DNA of 63,960 nt, the filler included, from Octopus bimaculoides (Eukaryota), in NCBI RefSeq assembly GCF_001194135.2. It is 5 parts of 5 records of this genome, joined end to end, with 100 filler letters (N's around TTAATTAATTAA, not from the genome) between each part and the next. Parts side by side here need not be neighbours in the genome. Positions count along the whole stretch, not along the records: positions 1 to 28,394 come from NC_068982.1; positions 28,495 to 47,509 come from NC_068985.1; 3 more parts are not named here. One strand, given 5' to 3'. Below the pieces are notes generated by a model that saw nothing but the letters and a program-made list of their open reading frames with translations, ran no database searches and was not told where the DNA came from. Of this stretch, positions 27,959 through 40,652 are shown one piece after another (position 1 is the stretch's first letter; each line of letters begins with the position of its first letter). Position numbers and translations under genes: made by a program.

Positions 27959-28297
27959 TAATAATAGAACACTGCAATATTCTCTGTGCGGACATACTTA
28001 ATAAGTCTTAAAATTTATCTACAACTTTCTGTGAAAATGTTACCCTACTTTTCTTTTCTTCTCACTTCCCCTGAGTATTGGAAAACATAAACATCCTTTT
28101 CATTGCAAAAACATTACTGTATTCTCCAACTGGACAGACAAACGAACATGTCAAGAAAACTTAACTGTCATATATTAAATTTTTTCTGAAACATTTATCT
28201 ATCTATCCTCCCTGACTACTCAATTATGTAAACATACCTTTTATTGCAACAACACAACTGAATTCATAAATTCAAAAGTTCAATGACGTTAATATCA

Positions 28298-28350
<53 letters not shown>

Positions 28351-28394
28351 AGCAATGTTAATTCTCTAAATGAAGTATTAACAGTAACTGCACG

Positions 28395-28494
28395 NNNNNN
28401 NNNNNNNNNNNNNNNNNNNNNNNNNNNNNNNNNNNNNNTTAATTAATTAANNNNNNNNNNNNNNNNNNNNNNNNNNNNNNNNNNNNNNNNNNNN
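28395..28494. other. Artificial 100-bp scaffold spacer N44-TTAATTAATTAA-N44 (also ~47510, ~55474, ~62593)
   Basis: Identical 12-mer (stops in all six frames) centred in N runs four times. Confidence 0.95.
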
Positions 28495-28524
28495 TATATA
28501 TATACATACATATATATATACATA

Positions 28525-28586
<62 letters not shown>

Positions 28587-29016
28587 CATACATACATGTG
28601 TGTATGCATGCACGTATGTGTTTCTATGCATACATACATACATACAAACATACATATATACATACATACATTTACAAACATTTATTACCCATGCGTTAAC
28701 CTCTGCCTGCTAGAAATAGCAGCCAAATCTCACTGAAATCACAACACCACTGACTTTAGAAAGGAAGGTCACTTTAGATATTGTAGTCTTAGATACACAA
28801 TGTCGGAATAAGATATAGAATGGGCACGTCGGAACATCTTTGATTATAGGTCTGTTTCATTTGTTGTCTTGGACGTAGTGCTACTGAACGAAAAACACCA
28901 CCAAAGAACCCCTTCAAAATACCATCATTACCACTAGCATCATCACAAACAATCTTTTCTATCATCGCTCCCTATAAGTTTGACCAGAAGAAACAAATTA
29001 TATATGAACCACTAAC

Positions 29017-29063
29017 CACTGTTTGTAAATATCAACTTTCTGAGAGCTGGGAGACCTCGCCAT
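29017..29063 (-). CDS. Candidate first coding exon of a divergently transcribed gene: MARSPSSQKVDIYKQ(W/C)
   Basis: gtcaATGGCG start context and G|gttagt donor. Next exon not identified. Confidence 0.25.
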
Positions 29064-29184
29064 TGACGTTGCCAAGAATAACTAGTACGTTGCTAAGGAA
29101 GTTGTGGATGCACATGCGTATGTGTGTTATTTATGCTAATGATTCATAACATGTTTGTGATGTACTTTTAATTCGTTCCCAGCC
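29064..29184. promoter_or_regulatory. Possible (bidirectional) promoter / 5' UTR region of AP5Z1
   Basis: Repeat-free interval between two outward-facing ATGs, containing a TGACGT CRE-like hexamer. An AG just before ccATG also allows an upstream UTR exon. Confidence 0.3.
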
Positions 29185-29225
29185 ATGGCACTGGCTATGG
29201 TTGATGCTGTTTTAGCTCAAGTCAG
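29185..29225 (+). CDS. AP5Z1: AP-5 complex subunit zeta-1, coding exon 1: MALAMVDAVLAQV(R)
   Basis: gccATGG Kozak context, 41 nt, AG|gtaata donor, phase 2 joins the 43396 exon. Length and pattern match human MFSAGAESLLHQAR (recalled from memory). Confidence 0.72.
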
Positions 29226-29979
29226 GTAATATGTCCGTTTTATTCTTTTTGTTTTCATAAATTCAACTTATATTTTACTTTCCTATTTTGCTGTTTTATT
29301 TGTCTCTAAATTTTTCTTTACCTATAAGATGAAATGTTACATCAATTATTTTATTCGTTCATTCGCGTATATGTACATCCAACGGAATCATTGCGTTTTA
29401 CATATTACATTTTATTTTTGCATATGCTTCTCACATACTCTTTCTATTCATCTAAAATACCCTTTTTAAATAGCTTTCGCTGTCATTTTATCATTCTACT
29501 TTCTATATCATCGCCTCTGTTTCTCTCCGACCACTGTCTCTCTCTCTCTCTCTCTCTCTCCATATATACCAAAGGTTTAGCTTTATGGCGTATCGTCAGA
29601 CTCCTAAAACCTGTTGGTCCATGAGATCTTTAAAATATGGAGGGGGGGCAAGGGAAATCTAAAGGTAATCCCATAAACCGGCTTTCTCTATTTTTAATAC
29701 TTCCTGCCTTTAGAGGGTGTTTCCTCTTTTCTTATTTATGTTTTCTACAAACGATACATATATTAGCATCGCATAGCCGGCCGTACCGCACGGATGCGAT
29801 GTGATTCATTATTATTATTATTATTTAAAATACTTTGATTTAGCCCAATACATGTAANNNNNNNNNNNNNNNNNNNNNNNNNNNNNNNNNNNNNNNNNNN
29901 NNNNNNNNNNNNNNNNNNNNNNNNNNNNNNNNNNNNCTGAGTTCAAATTCCACTGTCACTGCATCGGCTAAGGTGTATG

Positions 29980-30030
<51 letters not shown>

Positions 30031-30717
30031 ACACTGCACCATCTAAAGTGTTGAACGCATTACTATATTTACATTCTCTAAATATCATCTGTTGGGATAT
30101 ATATATACGTAAACATTCAATCTCTAAACATACTGTATACAAAACCTAAATACGACACTCACTTTTCACACATTTTGAACAGTTTTCTGTCTCATATGCA
30201 TGCTAAGCATGCTTTTCATCCCCCAACTCCTCTGTCTTCTCTGTAACTAATGCGATGTATAAATGAAATAATCTCTTTTGTCTGGATCCAAATTTTGTGT
30301 CGCAGTCTTAGTTTGAAGGATTGATACCACACGCAATCTTAGTTTGAAGGGATTGGCACCAGATCATGTGATAATGTTACTTCAGATAGATCCTGGCGCT
30401 TGTATTCTTGGTGTGTGTGAGAATTATCTCTCATTTACATAATGCAATGAATCTGGGACTATGCCGTGGTCTTTTAGCCTTTTAATATCTCAGTGGTGTT
30501 TTTCGGACCTTAGAAGCTTCTTCTATGTTATCGTTCGACTTGCTAGAAATGGCAGCCAAATTACAAAATTTTGCCCTACCGTATTGCAAAAAAAAAAAGA
30601 AAAGAAAAGAGAAGAATGCATTAGGTAATGTAATCCTAGGTACCCTGAACCTGGAAAAAAATAATAATAAAGGCAAGATATTCACTATTGAAATGCCGTC
30701 CATCGTAAGAATACCCT

Positions 30718-31290
30718 GCGGACGTCAGCGATAATAAATGGTCCACATAAGTTGGAATTTTTCCTTTTTGACTGGGATTTTTCACATTTTTTTTCTCATA
30801 GTACTCTTGGGAATGATCTGGAACACCTTTTTAACAAAAAAAAATTTCGGAATTTTTTTTTTTTTTAACAACCGTCTGCCGTTTTTCGATTAATACCATA
30901 AACTCATTTATACTACTAGCAAATATTTTTTTGAAAATTGATGATTTTTCTCAACCCTGAACCTTACCTGTCATTGGATATGCTAGAAACAACAGCCAAA
31001 TCTCCCTTTAATCACAAACCTTTTCGGCTGAAAATATAATCCCCGCCCCCACCCCGAAAAGGCTTCTCCTATAGTTTTAAGTGCGTAGTGCCACCAAAAT
31101 AAGTCGTGAGAGAGGACGATGAGAAGGAAGGGTAAAAAAAGACATTTTCCGTTTCGAAAAATGTTTTTCTCTTTGTTAAAAAGATGCTCCAGATCATTTC
31201 CAAGAGCACCATGAAGAAATGATATCTGAAAACCCCCCGTCAAAACGTAAAAATTCCAACTTATGTGGGCCGCCTACTGCTGACGTCCGC
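30718..31290. mobile_element. MITE/foldback-like element with ~135-bp imperfect TIRs
   Basis: 30718-30852 is the reverse complement of ~31150-31290 (gcggacgtcagc...gctgacgtccgc). About 300 bp non-coding interior. Confidence 0.75.
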
Positions 31291-31559
31291 CGAATTTCCA
31301 TTCAGGGCTACTCTGAAGCTAAACAACATGAAGTTATATAACACGGCCTCTGCTCAGCTGGACCACAGTCCGAGAATATGATGGAGTTTCACATGTGTAA
31401 TAATAGTGAGTTAAAACATTTCGTTTAACTGAGAGATTAGCCATAGATTTTGTAGATAAGACCCTCCACCAAAAGCGTTTATATTCTAAAAAGAAAAAAA
31501 GCAAGGGAGGTAAATCTAATGAGATCTGATGGAAAATACAGAAAATCTTCCAATATCTA

Positions 31560-32000
31560 CGTGTGAGTGTCATTGTATCTGTGTTTGTCCCCCGCCATCG
31601 TTTGGCGGTATTGGTTTGTTTACGTCCTTGTAACAGTTTGGCAAAAAAGCCCAATAGAATAATATGTACCAGGCTTAAAAAAAAAATTACCGAAGTCGAT
31701 TCATTTGGCTTAAAATTCTTCAAGGCAGTGCCCCAGCATGGCCACAATCAACTGACTGAAGCAAGTACAAATAAAAGATATATATGTAAATATATAAATA
31801 TATTTATTAGTTTATATACATACATGTGTGGTTGTGTGGTTAGAAGTTCGTTTCCCAACCACATGGTTTCGGGTTCAGTCCCCTTGTGGGGCACGTTGGG
31901 CAAGTGTCTTCCACCCCATGCCAAGCAAAGCCTTGTGAGTGGATTTGGTTGACAGAAACTTAAAGAAGCCTGTTGTATGTGCGTGTGTGTGTGTGTGTGT
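31560..32000 (+). mobile_element. Two SINE family B fragments (3' half followed by 5' half)
   Basis: Segments match 36220-36410 and 35995-36150 respectively. Confidence 0.75.
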
Positions 32001-33055
32001 GCTTGCATATACAAAGTGAGGGAATATAACAATACCAGTTATTGATGCAACAGGATGGGTAAGGGAAAAATAACTGTAGGTATTTCTTCTGCTTACTAAT
32101 ACAAATATATTGAGCACTCATAGTTTTACCAGTTGAATATGCTTTGCTGAAGATGTGCAATTAGACTAATTCCACTATTATGGTACATTTGGTGTATCTT
32201 CTAAATCTTTTAGCTAATTGATCTTATTAAAATAATCTCCCTTGCTTTTTCCCTTTTTTTTTCATTCAGATTTTAAGCACTTTTAGAGTGATTTATAGCC
32301 TACTAATATCATAATGCTACCCATATATAAAATATTGTGACATGAAACTATCAAATTGTTACCAATATCAAATGACAGAATATGATAGTGAAGATTATGT
32401 TGTTTTTAGATTTTAAACTTCTTTAGAGGGAGGTTTTATCCATTAATTACATGGATCATCTTAGCTAATCAATTTTTTTTCAATTCATTCACTACATTAT
32501 ATTTGTGAGACCTTACTGTATTTTATTTATCCTATGTATGAGTGTTTGTGTGTGTGTNNNNNNNNNNNNNNNNNNNNNNNNNNNNNNNNNNNNNNNNNNN
32601 NNNNNNNNNNNNNNNNNNNNNNNNNNNNNNNNNNNNNNNNNNNNNNNNNNNNNNNNNNNNNNNNNNNNNNNNNNNNNNNNNNNNNNNNNNNNNNNNNNNN
32701 NNNNNNNNNNNNNNNNNNNNNNNNNNNNNNNNNNNNNNNNNNNNNNNNNNNNNNNNNNNNNNNNNNNNNNNNNNNNNNNNNNNNNNNNNNNNNNNNNNNN
32801 NNNNNNNNNNNNNNNNNNNNNNNNNNNNNNNNNNNNNNNNNNNNNNNNNNNNNNNNNNNNNNNNNNNNNNNNNNNNNNNNNNNNNNNNNNNNNNNNNNNN
32901 NNNNNNNNNNNNNNNNNNNNNNNNNNNNNNNNNNNNNNNNNNNNNNNNNNNNNNNNNNNNNNNNNNNNNNNNNNNNNNNNNNNNNNNNNNNNNNNNNNNN
33001 NNNNNNNNNATATGTTAGCAAACTGTGTAAGCATGGACTAGTAATATTCCACACC

Positions 33056-33106
<51 letters not shown>

Positions 33107-33942
33107 ATATGTATACAACTGTTAGTGTTATATGTCATTGCCCTGCCTTGCCCCACCCCCCAGGAAATTGATATCATCTGACAACTAATCTCACTCACAT
33201 GTCACTGACTAGCAGCAGCTAATCAAATATGGTTGCTGTTACTACTACTACCACTATTACAACCATCAACACCACCAACCCCATGGCCTGTATCCACAGA
33301 GAGAACCTCAGTAAAAGCTATCTCTGTAGAACTCTTACATTGTGGAAAGACAGAAATAACTTGTGCCTTACTGTGTTTAGCTTCTGTCTTTATGTGCTGA
33401 GTTCAAATTTTGATGCAGTCAGCTCTTTCTTTAGCTTTGACTCCACTCTGTGATGATTGACTGCAGCAGCTCTCACATAAACTTCTTCATGCAGTCATAC
33501 ATTGAAGTTGATTCCTAATCACACATTGGGATTCATTCATTTAAATGTACCCTCATCATCCCCATCGTCATCATGACCATCATCATTATTAATATTCGTT
33601 TCTCATGCTTGTATGGGTTGGAAAGTTTTCCAGAATCTATCGAGTCACAGGGCTGCATCACACACCAATGTCAGCTTTGGCATGGTTTCGATGGCTGGAC
33701 GTCCTTCTTAACACCAACTACTTCACACAGGGTACTGGATGCTCTTATTGTGCCACTGGAACTGGTAAGGTCACCCAAGTAACTTCAAGATAGAAAAAGA
33801 ACAGGAAAAAAAAAGACCCCCCCCCCCCATCTTGAAACTATAAATGTGGGGAGTGTTTGGGAGGGGCAGGTGGCTTTATGCCAGGTGTTGAAAGGCTAAA
33901 GTATGATAGAGGGACAAAGCACAGGTGTCTTATTATAGAGGA

Positions 33943-34004
<62 letters not shown>

Positions 34005-35359
34005 CACACACGATGAGCTTCTCTCAGTTTCTGTCTACCAAATCCACTCACAAGGCTCTGATCAGCCCGAGGCTATAGAAGAAGACACTTGCCCAAGGTG
34101 CCATGCAGTGGAACTGAACCCAGAACCATATGGTTGGTAAGCAAGCTACTTACTGTACAGCTGATCCTATGCCTTTAATCTTTAATCTTTTCTTTTACTT
34201 GTTTCAATCATTAGACTGTGACCATACTGGGGCACTGCCTTGAAGATTTTTAGTCAAATGAATCAACTCCAGTATAGTTTTTTGAAGCCTGGTACTTATT
34301 CTATTGATCTCTCTAGCTGAACTGCTAAGTTACAGGGACGTAAATACACCAACTCCAGTTGTCAAGCAGTGATTTGGGGACAAACACACATCCATACACA
34401 CACACATATATAGTTCAAATTTACAGAAAACAAGAGATGAAGACGTGTGTAGGAACAACAAGCAGGTGTATTAGTTTAATGGTGACTACAAAGGTACGGC
34501 AGCTTGGAAAACTAACTCTGACCATTTTGATAAGAAGAGAACTCCTGAATTTGTTGGTGAGATCCATGTAGCAGCAGTGGTGGTGGTAGCAGCGGCGGTG
34601 GTGGTAGTGGCGGCGGCGGTTGCGGTGGTGTGGTATACTAAGCAATGGATTAAGAGTAAGCGCTCTCTCCACACACTGAAAATAAGACCATCCACTTGGA
34701 GCCATGTTCACCATTTTCACCCACCTTGCAAGAAGACTGCACTATAAGATTTTTGTATTTGCCCAAGGACAACAGATAAGGAAGGGGGCTGCCACTATGT
34801 GCATTTCTTACACTATAATGATATTTATTATGGGTGAGGGCCTACTTCAATATGCACAGACCTGTGAGATCTGTGTGTATTGAGGGAGGGACAAATAAAT
34901 TGTCATATTTTATATTTGTTTCTACTATAAGCACAAGGCCAGAATTTTTGTGGGGATGGGCCATTTGATTAATGGCTTGGTGGTTAGAGTGTTGAACGCA
35001 TGATAAGATTGTAGATTCAATTCCTGGACCTGGTGACTTGTGTTTTGAGCAAAGCACTTCATTTCATGTTGCTCCAGTCCACTCAGCTGGCAAAAATGAG
35101 TAATCCTGCAACAGACCAGTGTTCCATTCAGGTGAGGAATTTATATGCCTTTAAACCAGGAAACTGGTCCTTATGAGTTGGCATGATTGGAGAAGGTAAC
35201 TTTACTTACTATACTTAAGTGTTCAACTGGTGATTCATTTACCAACACTGAAAGGATGAAAAGCAAAGTCAACCTTGATGGAACTGGAAGTCAGAATGTA
35301 AAGCTAGGGAAAAATGCAACAATGCATTTTGTCTAACATGCTAACAATTGTACCTGCTC

Positions 35360-35570
35360 ATGATGAGGGTCGGCTGACTAAGATTCTGTCATGGGATGTG
35401 ATCAAATGAGGTTTATTTTTCAACATAATCTCATATTGCAGTTCACACACTTCTTCTATCAATGTTACAGTGCTTGGATCCCACTGATGAAGATGCTTTC
35501 ATCTTGTTGATCAAAAAAGTCATCAACAGCAGATATGATGTCATCATTACTGCAATACTGAAGAGTTGAA
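35360..35570 (-). mobile_element. Mariner transposase 3'-end remnant
   Basis: Reverse complement reads GIQAL...KKCV..., the mariner C-terminus pattern, degenerate. Confidence 0.45.
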
Positions 35571-35653
35571 ATTAATGGTAGCATCACTTCTACATACTCA
35601 TTCTATGAACTTTTCTGCCCACACTCGTATATTTAGTATTAAGATGGCCTATA

Positions 35654-35868
35654 AAGGCAGCGAGCTGGCAGAACCGTTAGCATGCAGAACAAAATGTTTA
35701 GCAGCATTTCTTCTGTCTTTGTGTTCTGAGCTCAAATTCCGCCGAGGTCAACTTTACCTTACATCCGTTCAGGGTCAGTAGAGTAAGTACCAGTTGAATA
35801 CTGGAGTTGATGTAATCAACTTATCCGCTTCCCTGAAATTTTTGGCCTTGTGCCAAAATTTGAAATCA
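35654..35868 (+). mobile_element. SINE family A
   Basis: Head, ttctgagctcaaattccgccgaggtc and core, ending ggccttgtgccaaaatttgaaa. Confidence 0.8.
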
Positions 35869-35987
35869 ACATTAAGATAGCTTTCAACTTGTCCAACACT
35901 GTGACAAAGAAAGAAAAATTATATGATCAGAAACTTATTTTGTCTGCTTTTTAATAAAGAGTAGGGACGGGTTAAAAAAATTCACTA

Positions 35988-36153
35988 AGGCGCAGGAGTG
36001 GCTGTGTGGTAAGTAGCTTGCTTATCAACCACATGGTTCCGGGTTCAGTCCCACTGCGTGGCACTTTGGGCAAGTGTCTTCTACTATAGCATTGGGCCGA
36101 CTAAAGCCTTGTGAGTGGATTTGGTAGACGGAAACTGAAAGAAGCCCGTCGTA

Positions 36154-36210
<57 letters not shown>

Positions 36211-36420
36211 ATGTGTCTGTGTTTGTCCCCCCAAATATCGCTTGACAACCGATGGTGATGTGTTTACGTCCCCATAACTTAGCGGTTTGGTAAAAGAAAC
36301 CGATAGAATAAGTACTAGGCTTCCAAAGAATAAGTCCTGGGGTCGATTTGCTCGACTAAAGGTGGTGCTCCAGCATGGCTGCACTCAAATGACTGAAACA
36401 AGTAAAAGACTAAAAGAGTA
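35988..36420 (+). mobile_element. Full-length SINE family B (tRNA head, internal TA/GT microsatellite, taaaagag tail)
   Basis: A-box/B-box-like head. Near-identical pieces at 34000-34410, 38990-39280, 40190-40400, 42380-42640, 57580-57990 and 60911-61240. Confidence 0.9.
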
Positions 36421-36770
36421 ATATCGGTGTGAAATGGTGGACTGATAATTTATGAGTTTTAGTATCACTGTTGTAATGTTATAATAATATTTAATTGACA
36501 CTTGAAAGTTTCCTAAACCTGCCTGTGTTGCTTCTCACTGCTCCAATAATTACTATCACTAGAAAGTAATTATAGGGTTTAGATACTACTTCTACTACTA
36601 CTGGCCACCACCACTACTACTATCGCTAATCCCTAATCACCTCTGCTTTTGTATGTTGTGACAAAGGTTAAATACTTTAATTGTCTGCTTTGCTGAGGGG
36701 AATAATGGAAGTCAAGTGCCAGTGTGGATATATGTGTATGACTATATAATTATATATGTGTAGCTATGCA

Positions 36771-36883
36771 ATTATGTGTATGTATGTGTGTGACTAATAA
36801 ATTATGTGTATGTATGTGTGTGACTAATAGATTATGTGTATGTATGCGTGTGACTAATAAATTATGTGTATGTATGTGTGTGA
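36771..36883. repeat. 30-bp minisatellite, ~3.7 copies (attatgtgtatgtatgtgtgtgactaataa)
   Basis: Direct tandem units with no spacers. Confidence 0.9.
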
Positions 36884-38679
36884 TTATTTCTTTATGTGTA
36901 TTTGTATCGGTGGTGTAGAGTTAGTATGTTGTGTGTGTGTAAATAGACAAGCCTTTATACATGTCTTAAAACTCCTTGTATAACACACTTTTTTTTTTCC
37001 ACTGAAATCTAGTTTAAAAATAGGAATATCTCAGATTTTGACTGCTAAGTTTGCCTCCCACCTATTTTTATTGATAAGAAGTATTAAAGTGATACAGCTT
37101 CATTTTAAGATAATTTTTATTGCATATTGGTATAGTTTATATAAAATGAACAATTAGGAGCTTAATATATTGGGTTATGAAATATGTTTGTCTGTGCGGG
37201 TGTGGAGAGAGAGAGAGAGGAAGGGGCAAGTAAGTGATTCTGTAAAAAAATGTGTGTGTGTATTTACACATACAATCATATGACAATGATGTTTCCATTG
37301 CTTGTCTTTGCATAAATAAACTTCAACATACACATACTGTTGCACGCATGCACATGCACTCACATACACATACACGTGTACACTCACTTTTATATGCTGT
37401 CTACACACATATTCATATTCTTCCCTTTTTACATACACCCAAGCACTCGCTCACTCTCTCTCCTTTACTTCCCCCTTCTCTCTGTCTGTCTGTCTGCAGC
37501 AAGATCAAAGATCAGAGCAGCTGAAGTGATTTTGAAATCTGAAAACTTCACACTGAAACTTAATCATAAACAATTGTTAAACAGTTAGGGTTTGATCTGG
37601 ATGATGAGAGAAGGTCGGGTATTATTCATGTATCACTGGCCAGCCTATATCAATACAGTTTGACATTCAAGCAACATGTACTTGTGAAAAGTTTCTGATC
37701 CCCAAGCACAAACAACAATAACATCACTACCATCAGCATCACCGTCATTATCATCATCATCACTATCATCACCATCATTATCATCATCACCATCGTTGCC
37801 ATCATCATCACCATCACCATTATTATTATTATTATTTAATGTCCACTTTTTGTAAGCTTGCATGGGTCAGACAGAATTTTTTAAGGCAGATTTTCTACAG
37901 CTGGATGCTCTTCCTGTTGCCAGCCCTCCCCTGTTTTCGAAGCAAGGAAATATTTCCCCCATAACCTGACCTGTTTTCATTGAAGATTTTAAATGAAGGA
38001 CACAGCTTGCATGACAGTGATGCCTGTTTACAACTATCACATGAAGTCAGGGCAAGGAGAGAATAGCACATACACACATGTACATATATATATATATANN
38101 NNNNNNNNNNNNNNNNNNNNNNNNNNNNNNNNNNNNNNNNNNNNNNNNNNNNNNNNNNNNNNNNNNNNNNNNNNNNNNNNNNNNNNNNNNNNNNNNNNNN
38201 NNNNNNNNNNNNNNNNNNNNNNNNNNNNNNNNNNNNNNNNNNNNNNNNNNNNNNNNNNNNNNNNNNNNNNNNNNNNNNNNNNNNNNNNNNNNNNNNNNNN
38301 NNNNNNNNNNNNNNNNNNNNNNNNNNNNNNNNNNNNNNNNNNNNNNNNNNNNNNNNNNNNNNNNNNNNNNNNNNNNNNNNNNNNNNNNNNNNNNNNNNNN
38401 NNNNNNNNNNNNNNNNNNNNNNNNNNNNNNNNNNNNNNNNNNNNNNNNNNNNNNNNNNNNNNNNNNNNNNNNNNNNNNNNNNNNNNNNNNNNNNNNNNNN
38501 NNNNNNNNNNNNNNNNNNNNNNNNNNNNNNNNNNNNNNNNNNNNNNNNNNNNNNNNNNNNNNNNNNNNNNNNNNNNNNNNNNNNNNNNNNNNNNNNNNNN
38601 NNNNNNNNNNNNNNNNNNNNNNNNNNNNNNNNNNNNNNNNNNNNNNNNNNNNNNNNNNNNNNNNNNNNNNNNNNNNNNN

Positions 38680-38763
38680 GTCCGCACACCCCGCACCTCC
38701 TCCATCTACTTCCTTCCCAAGATCCACAAACCTAACAACCCTGGCCGCCCCATTGTCTCTTAA
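38680..38763 (+). mobile_element. Penelope-like element RT fragment
   Basis: PRTSSIYFLPKIHKPNNPGRPIVS is the hallmark PLE RT N-terminal motif. Truncated by a gap. Confidence 0.85.
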
Positions 38764-38989
38764 CCATGAAACGATCGTATCCGATTAACTAAAGACTTGT
38801 TTTGTTTATGCTTTCCCCTCCGGTTTTTTGTTCTATGTGTGCCATAAATATCGCCATCCATTTAGAGAAAAATTTGTAGTTTAGAATTCAGTAGTTCTTT
38901 GACTGCTATTTCTAAATTTTCAGTATGTTGGAGAAGCAACTCAATGCTAATCCCTGTATATTTATGATTATATATGTGTATATATATAT

Positions 38990-39280
38990 ACTCTTTACTC
39001 TTTTACTTGTTTCAGCCATTTGACTGCAGCCATGCAGGAACACCGCCTTTAGTCGAGAAAATTGACCCTAGGACTTATTCTTTGTAAGCCTAGTACTTAT
39101 TCTATCGGTCTTTTTGTCGAACCGCTAAGTTACGGGAACAAACACAGACACACAAACACACATACATGCATATATACGACGGGCTTCTTTCAGTTTCCGT
39201 CTACCAAATCCACTCACAAGGCTTTGTTTGACCCGAGGCTATAGTAGAAGACACTTGCCCAAGGTGCCACGCAGTATATG
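38990..39280 (-). mobile_element. SINE family B (internally shortened)
   Basis: Reverse complement matches 36050-36420. Confidence 0.85.
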
Positions 39281-39376
39281 TATATATATGTGTATATATA
39301 TGTATATATATATGTGTATATACATGTATATATTGAAAAAAAAGTCGTCAGAATTTTGGAATAACTTCTTTCATTT

Positions 39377-39458
39377 ATTTTATACATATATTAGCGCTTT
39401 CGTTCGTCTTTTTGACAAGTTCGAAAGACGAACGAAAGCGCTAATATATGTATAAAAT
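39377..39458. repeat. Perfect 35-bp inverted repeat with 12-nt loop, abutting a gap
   Basis: attttatacatatattagcgctttcgttcgtcttt / aaagacgaacgaaagcgctaatatatgtataaaat. Confidence 0.85.
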
Positions 39459-40091
39459 NNNNNNNNNNNNNNNNNNNNNNNNNNNNNNNNNNNNNNNNNN
39501 NNNNNNNNNNNNNNNNNNNNNNNNNNNNNNNNNNNNNNNNNNNNNNNNNNNNNNNNNNNNNNNNNNNNNNNNNNNNNNNNNNNNNNNNNNNNNNNNNNNN
39601 NNNNNNNNNNNNNNNNNNNNNNNNNNNNNNNNNNNNNNNNNNNNNNNNNNNNNNNNNNNNNNNNNNNNNNNNNNNNNNNNNNNNNNNNNNNNNNNNNNNN
39701 NNNNNNNNNNNNNNNNNNNNNNNNNNNNNNNNNNNNNNNNNNNNNNNNNNNNNNNNNNNNNNNNNNNNNNNNNNNNNNNNNNNNNNNNNNNNNNNNNNNN
39801 NNNNNNNNNNNNNNNNNNNNNNNNNNNNNNNNNNNNNNNNNNNNNNNNNNNNNNNNNNNNNNNNNNNNNNNNNNNNNTACTCTTCCACCACAACTTTCTC
39901 TCACTCTTACTTCCTGTTTCTGTTGTGCCTGTAATTCAAAGGGTCAGCCTTGTCACACTGTGTCACGCTGAACATCCCTGAGAACTACGTTAATGGTACA
40001 CGTGTCTGTGGAGTGCTCAGCCACTTGCACGTTAATTTCATGAGCAGGCTGTTTCGTTGTATGTATATATGTATATGTATATATATATATG

Positions 40092-40126
<35 letters not shown>

Positions 40127-40431
40127 GTATATATATGTATATATATGTATGTATATATATATGTATGTATATATATATATGTGTGTGTGTGTGTCGTTGT
40201 GAATGTGTTTGTCCTGCCATCTCTGCTTGACAACCAGTGATGGTGTGTTTACATCCCAATAAGCTAGCAGTTCAGCAAAAGAGACTGATAGAATAAGTAC
40301 TAGACTTAAAAAAAAAAGTCCTGGGTTCAATTTGTTCAACTAAAACATTTCAAGGTGGTCTCCAGCATGACTGCAATCAGTCAGACTGAAACAAGCAATG
40401 GAATGAAAGAATATATACACACTTACACATA

Positions 40432-40652
40432 TTCAAGTGGGTGCTGAAAAGATTCTGGCTTTGGGTAAAAGAAAATGCAGAAGTTATCAGTTAATTATGA
40501 TTTTATTTAACATATTCCCCTCTCAGATTCACACACATGTTGCAGCAGTCCTTCAGTTTTCCAATGCCCTGTAAAAGAACTCAGAAGGTTGGGCCTCCAA
40601 CAGGCCTTTTGCAATATCCTTAAAACCAGGAACTTCTCAGCACCCACTTCTA
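40432..40652. mobile_element. Mariner-derived MITE (~220 bp)
   Basis: ~28-bp TIRs aagtgggtgctgaaaagattctggcttt / aaaaccaggaacttctcagcacccactt. Interior - strand reads LQGIGKLKDCCNMCVNLRGEYVK*, a mariner C-terminus. Confidence 0.85.

Noticed and set aside
28439-28450. Recurrent TTAATTAATTAA between N runs as a biological motif
   Set aside because: Always centred in a 100-bp N spacer; an assembly-pipeline all-frame stop linker.
36771-36883. 30-bp repeat as a CRISPR-like array
   Set aside because: No spacers, low complexity, eukaryotic context; an ordinary minisatellite.
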